In this document: positions 62,478 through 64,000 of the stretch, in pieces
Numbering within the stretch: the first letter of the stretch is position 1
Layout of the letters: each line of letters begins with the position of its first letter
Assembly (NCBI GenBank): GCA_963703315.1
Contig: OY969811.1
Span: 1,696,001 to 1,760,000 of the forward strand
Length of the DNA: 64,000 nt
Direction of reading: 5' to 3'
Source: an uncultured cyanobacterium
Lineage (GTDB): Bacteria; Cyanobacteriota; Cyanobacteriia; Pseudanabaenales; Pseudanabaenaceae
Translations under genes and position numbers: made by a program
Notes under the pieces: generated by a model
What the model was told of the DNA's origin: nothing
Databases searched by the model: none
What the model saw: only the letters and a program-made list of their open reading frames with translations

Positions 62478-64000
62478 ATGCTAGCCGACTTTAAGCAAAA
62501 ACTTAAAGCTTTATCAAATCCTAAGTTTATTGGCTATGCAATGGTGGGCGCGATCGCGGCTTTGAGTGCGATCGCCACAGGATTCAGAATTAATGAAGTG
62601 CAAACCCTCGAACGTCAAACGCAATCCACATTTTTTAAATGGCGTGGCACAATTACACCCCCAAAAGATATTGTGATTTTGGCGATCGATGATTTATCCC
62701 TACGCCAAGGCGAATTCTATGATCCCAAAACTCGTCCTTTCCTAGAACCATTTCGCACAACTACATGGAAACGAGCCGTCTATGCCCAAGTCCTCGAAAA
62801 GCTGGTTAAGGCGGGTGCAAAAGTCGTCGCCTTTGATATTTTGTTTGTGACACTAGGGGATCATGGGGCTGCCGATGATCAAAAATTGCAAGCAGCGATC
62901 GCAAAATATGGCGATCGCGCAGTCTTTGCCGCTAATTATGAATTTACGCAAATTGGCGAAGCGCGTATTTTACAGCTTGCTTCTCCTGAACCACTTTTCC
63001 CCATCAAACCAAATACCTTAGGACTGATTAATTTTCAACCTGAAGTAACAGGAAATATTCATCGTGTAGGCGTAAAAACTCCCGCCGATAGTGGCTTACC
63101 GATAGTTCCAGATTTTGCAACTTCTATCCTCAATATCGCCAAAGTAAATTATCCCAAACCGAAAGGTGATGGCATTTATTTTTTTGGGGGAAGTGGGACA
63201 TGGCTCAATGCTCAACAACAGATTCCCTTTTATTATGTGGTCGATCCTGAAAATTGGCGTAATGAGCCGCTTCAAGATGGTAAATTTTTTAAAGATAAAA
63301 TCGTCTTGATTGGTGCAACTGCGGCATCCAAACAGGATATCCAAAACTCGGCAATGGGCAGAATGGCAGGAGTTGAAATTCATGCCAATGCGATCGCCAC
63401 CCTCATGCAGGGAAAAAGTATTGCCGAATTATTTGCAACTCCTTTACAGGAATCCATTTTTATCTTTTTATTAGTCGGAATTTCAGGAGGTCTGCTTTGT
63501 CGGTTCAAGCGTCCGAGTATGCAGATATTAACGGCTTTGGGCATTGCGATCGCATGGATCGGCATTGGCTATGTCAGCTTTATCTATACCAGTACGATTC
63601 TGCCCGTCGCAATTCCTGCGATCGCCGTTAGCTTAAATGGAATTGCCCTCCTCAGTACAGGTTCCATCGCTGACCAAATTGATAAGATTTTACTTCGTCG
63701 CACTCTAGAACGCTATGTTGCTGCCCCCATAGTTGAAGAGATCGTCAATCAGCCCGACAGTTTTCGTGATTTATTAGAAGGTCGAACCATCAAAGCGGCA
63801 GTGCTATTTTCGGATATTCGGGGCTTTACGACTTTATCTAGCCGTCTTCCTGCCAAACTACTGATTCAACAATTAAATATTTATCTTGGGAGTATGGTCG
63901 ATGCGATTTTGGAATATCAAGGCACAATTGATAAATTTATTGGTGATGCGATTATGGCAGAGTTTGGCTCACCAGTTTCGCGAGGTGAGAAAGTAGATGC
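62478..64000 (+). CDS. CHASE2-domain adenylate/guanylate cyclase (runs off the window)
   Basis: ATG after GAGGAG; DIVILAIDD, GVEIHANAIATL, TM segments, LFSDIRGFT, DKFIGDAIMA. Confidence 0.93.
   Translation, partial: MLADFKQKLKALSNPKFIGYAMVGAIAALSAIATGFRINEVQTLERQTQSTFFKWRGTITPPKDIVILAIDDLSLRQGEFYDPKTRPFLEPFRTTTWKRAVYAQVLEKLVKAGAKVVAFDILFVTLGDHGAADDQKLQAAIAKYGDRAVFAANYEFTQIGEARILQLASPEPLFPIKPNTLGLINFQPEVTGNIHRVGVKTPADSGLPIVPDFATSILNIAKVNYPKPKGDGIYFFGGSGTWLNAQQQIPFYYVVDPENWRNEPLQDGKFFKDKIVLIGATAASKQDIQNSAMGRMAGVEIHANAIATLMQGKSIAELFATPLQESIFIFLLVGISGGLLCRFKRPSMQILTALGIAIAWIGIGYVSFIYTSTILPVAIPAIAVSLNGIALLSTGSIADQIDKILLRRTLERYVAAPIVEEIVNQPDSFRDLLEGRTIKAAVLFSDIRGFTTLSSRLPAKLLIQQLNIYLGSMVDAILEYQGTIDKFIGDAIMAEFGSPVSRGEKVD

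Noticed and set aside
60821..63565. Short ORFs overlapping the DUF2779 and CHASE2 cyclase genes
   Set aside because: They are shadows of longer genes with clear motifs.

Overview
64 kb of a cyanobacterial chromosome: HIP1 octamers (GCGATCGC) are very dense and psb28, CRR7 and cyanobacterial rpoB are present. A Pseudanabaena-like host is my inference. Most of the window is housekeeping genes (rpoB partial, scpB, purF, purU, hemH, rbfA, gdhA, murD, ftsI-like PBP, pyrG, folE, ispD, proA, tRNA-Leu(CAG)). Intergenic spaces are packed with GC-rich hairpins with 3-nt loops and TA-bounded MITE-like elements. Two accessory islets stand out. The first (39.6-43.8 kb) holds an orphan antitoxin with a deleted toxin, an HTH-NACHT gene paired with a divergent small membrane peptide, and an orphan Ntox24-like toxin with a putative immunity gene. 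The second (53.5-62.4 kb) holds VapBC, a HEPN-like protein, ParA, a tyrosine recombinase with a duplicated dead catalytic domain, MazEF and a DUF2779 nuclease. Other oddities are a second internally deleted toxin (higB), a phage-type ThyX next to the tRNA, a ferrochelatase without its CAB domain, and a perfect 56-bp palindrome beside a tRNA-like 3' half. All family assignments come from motif recognition by eye; no database searches were run.
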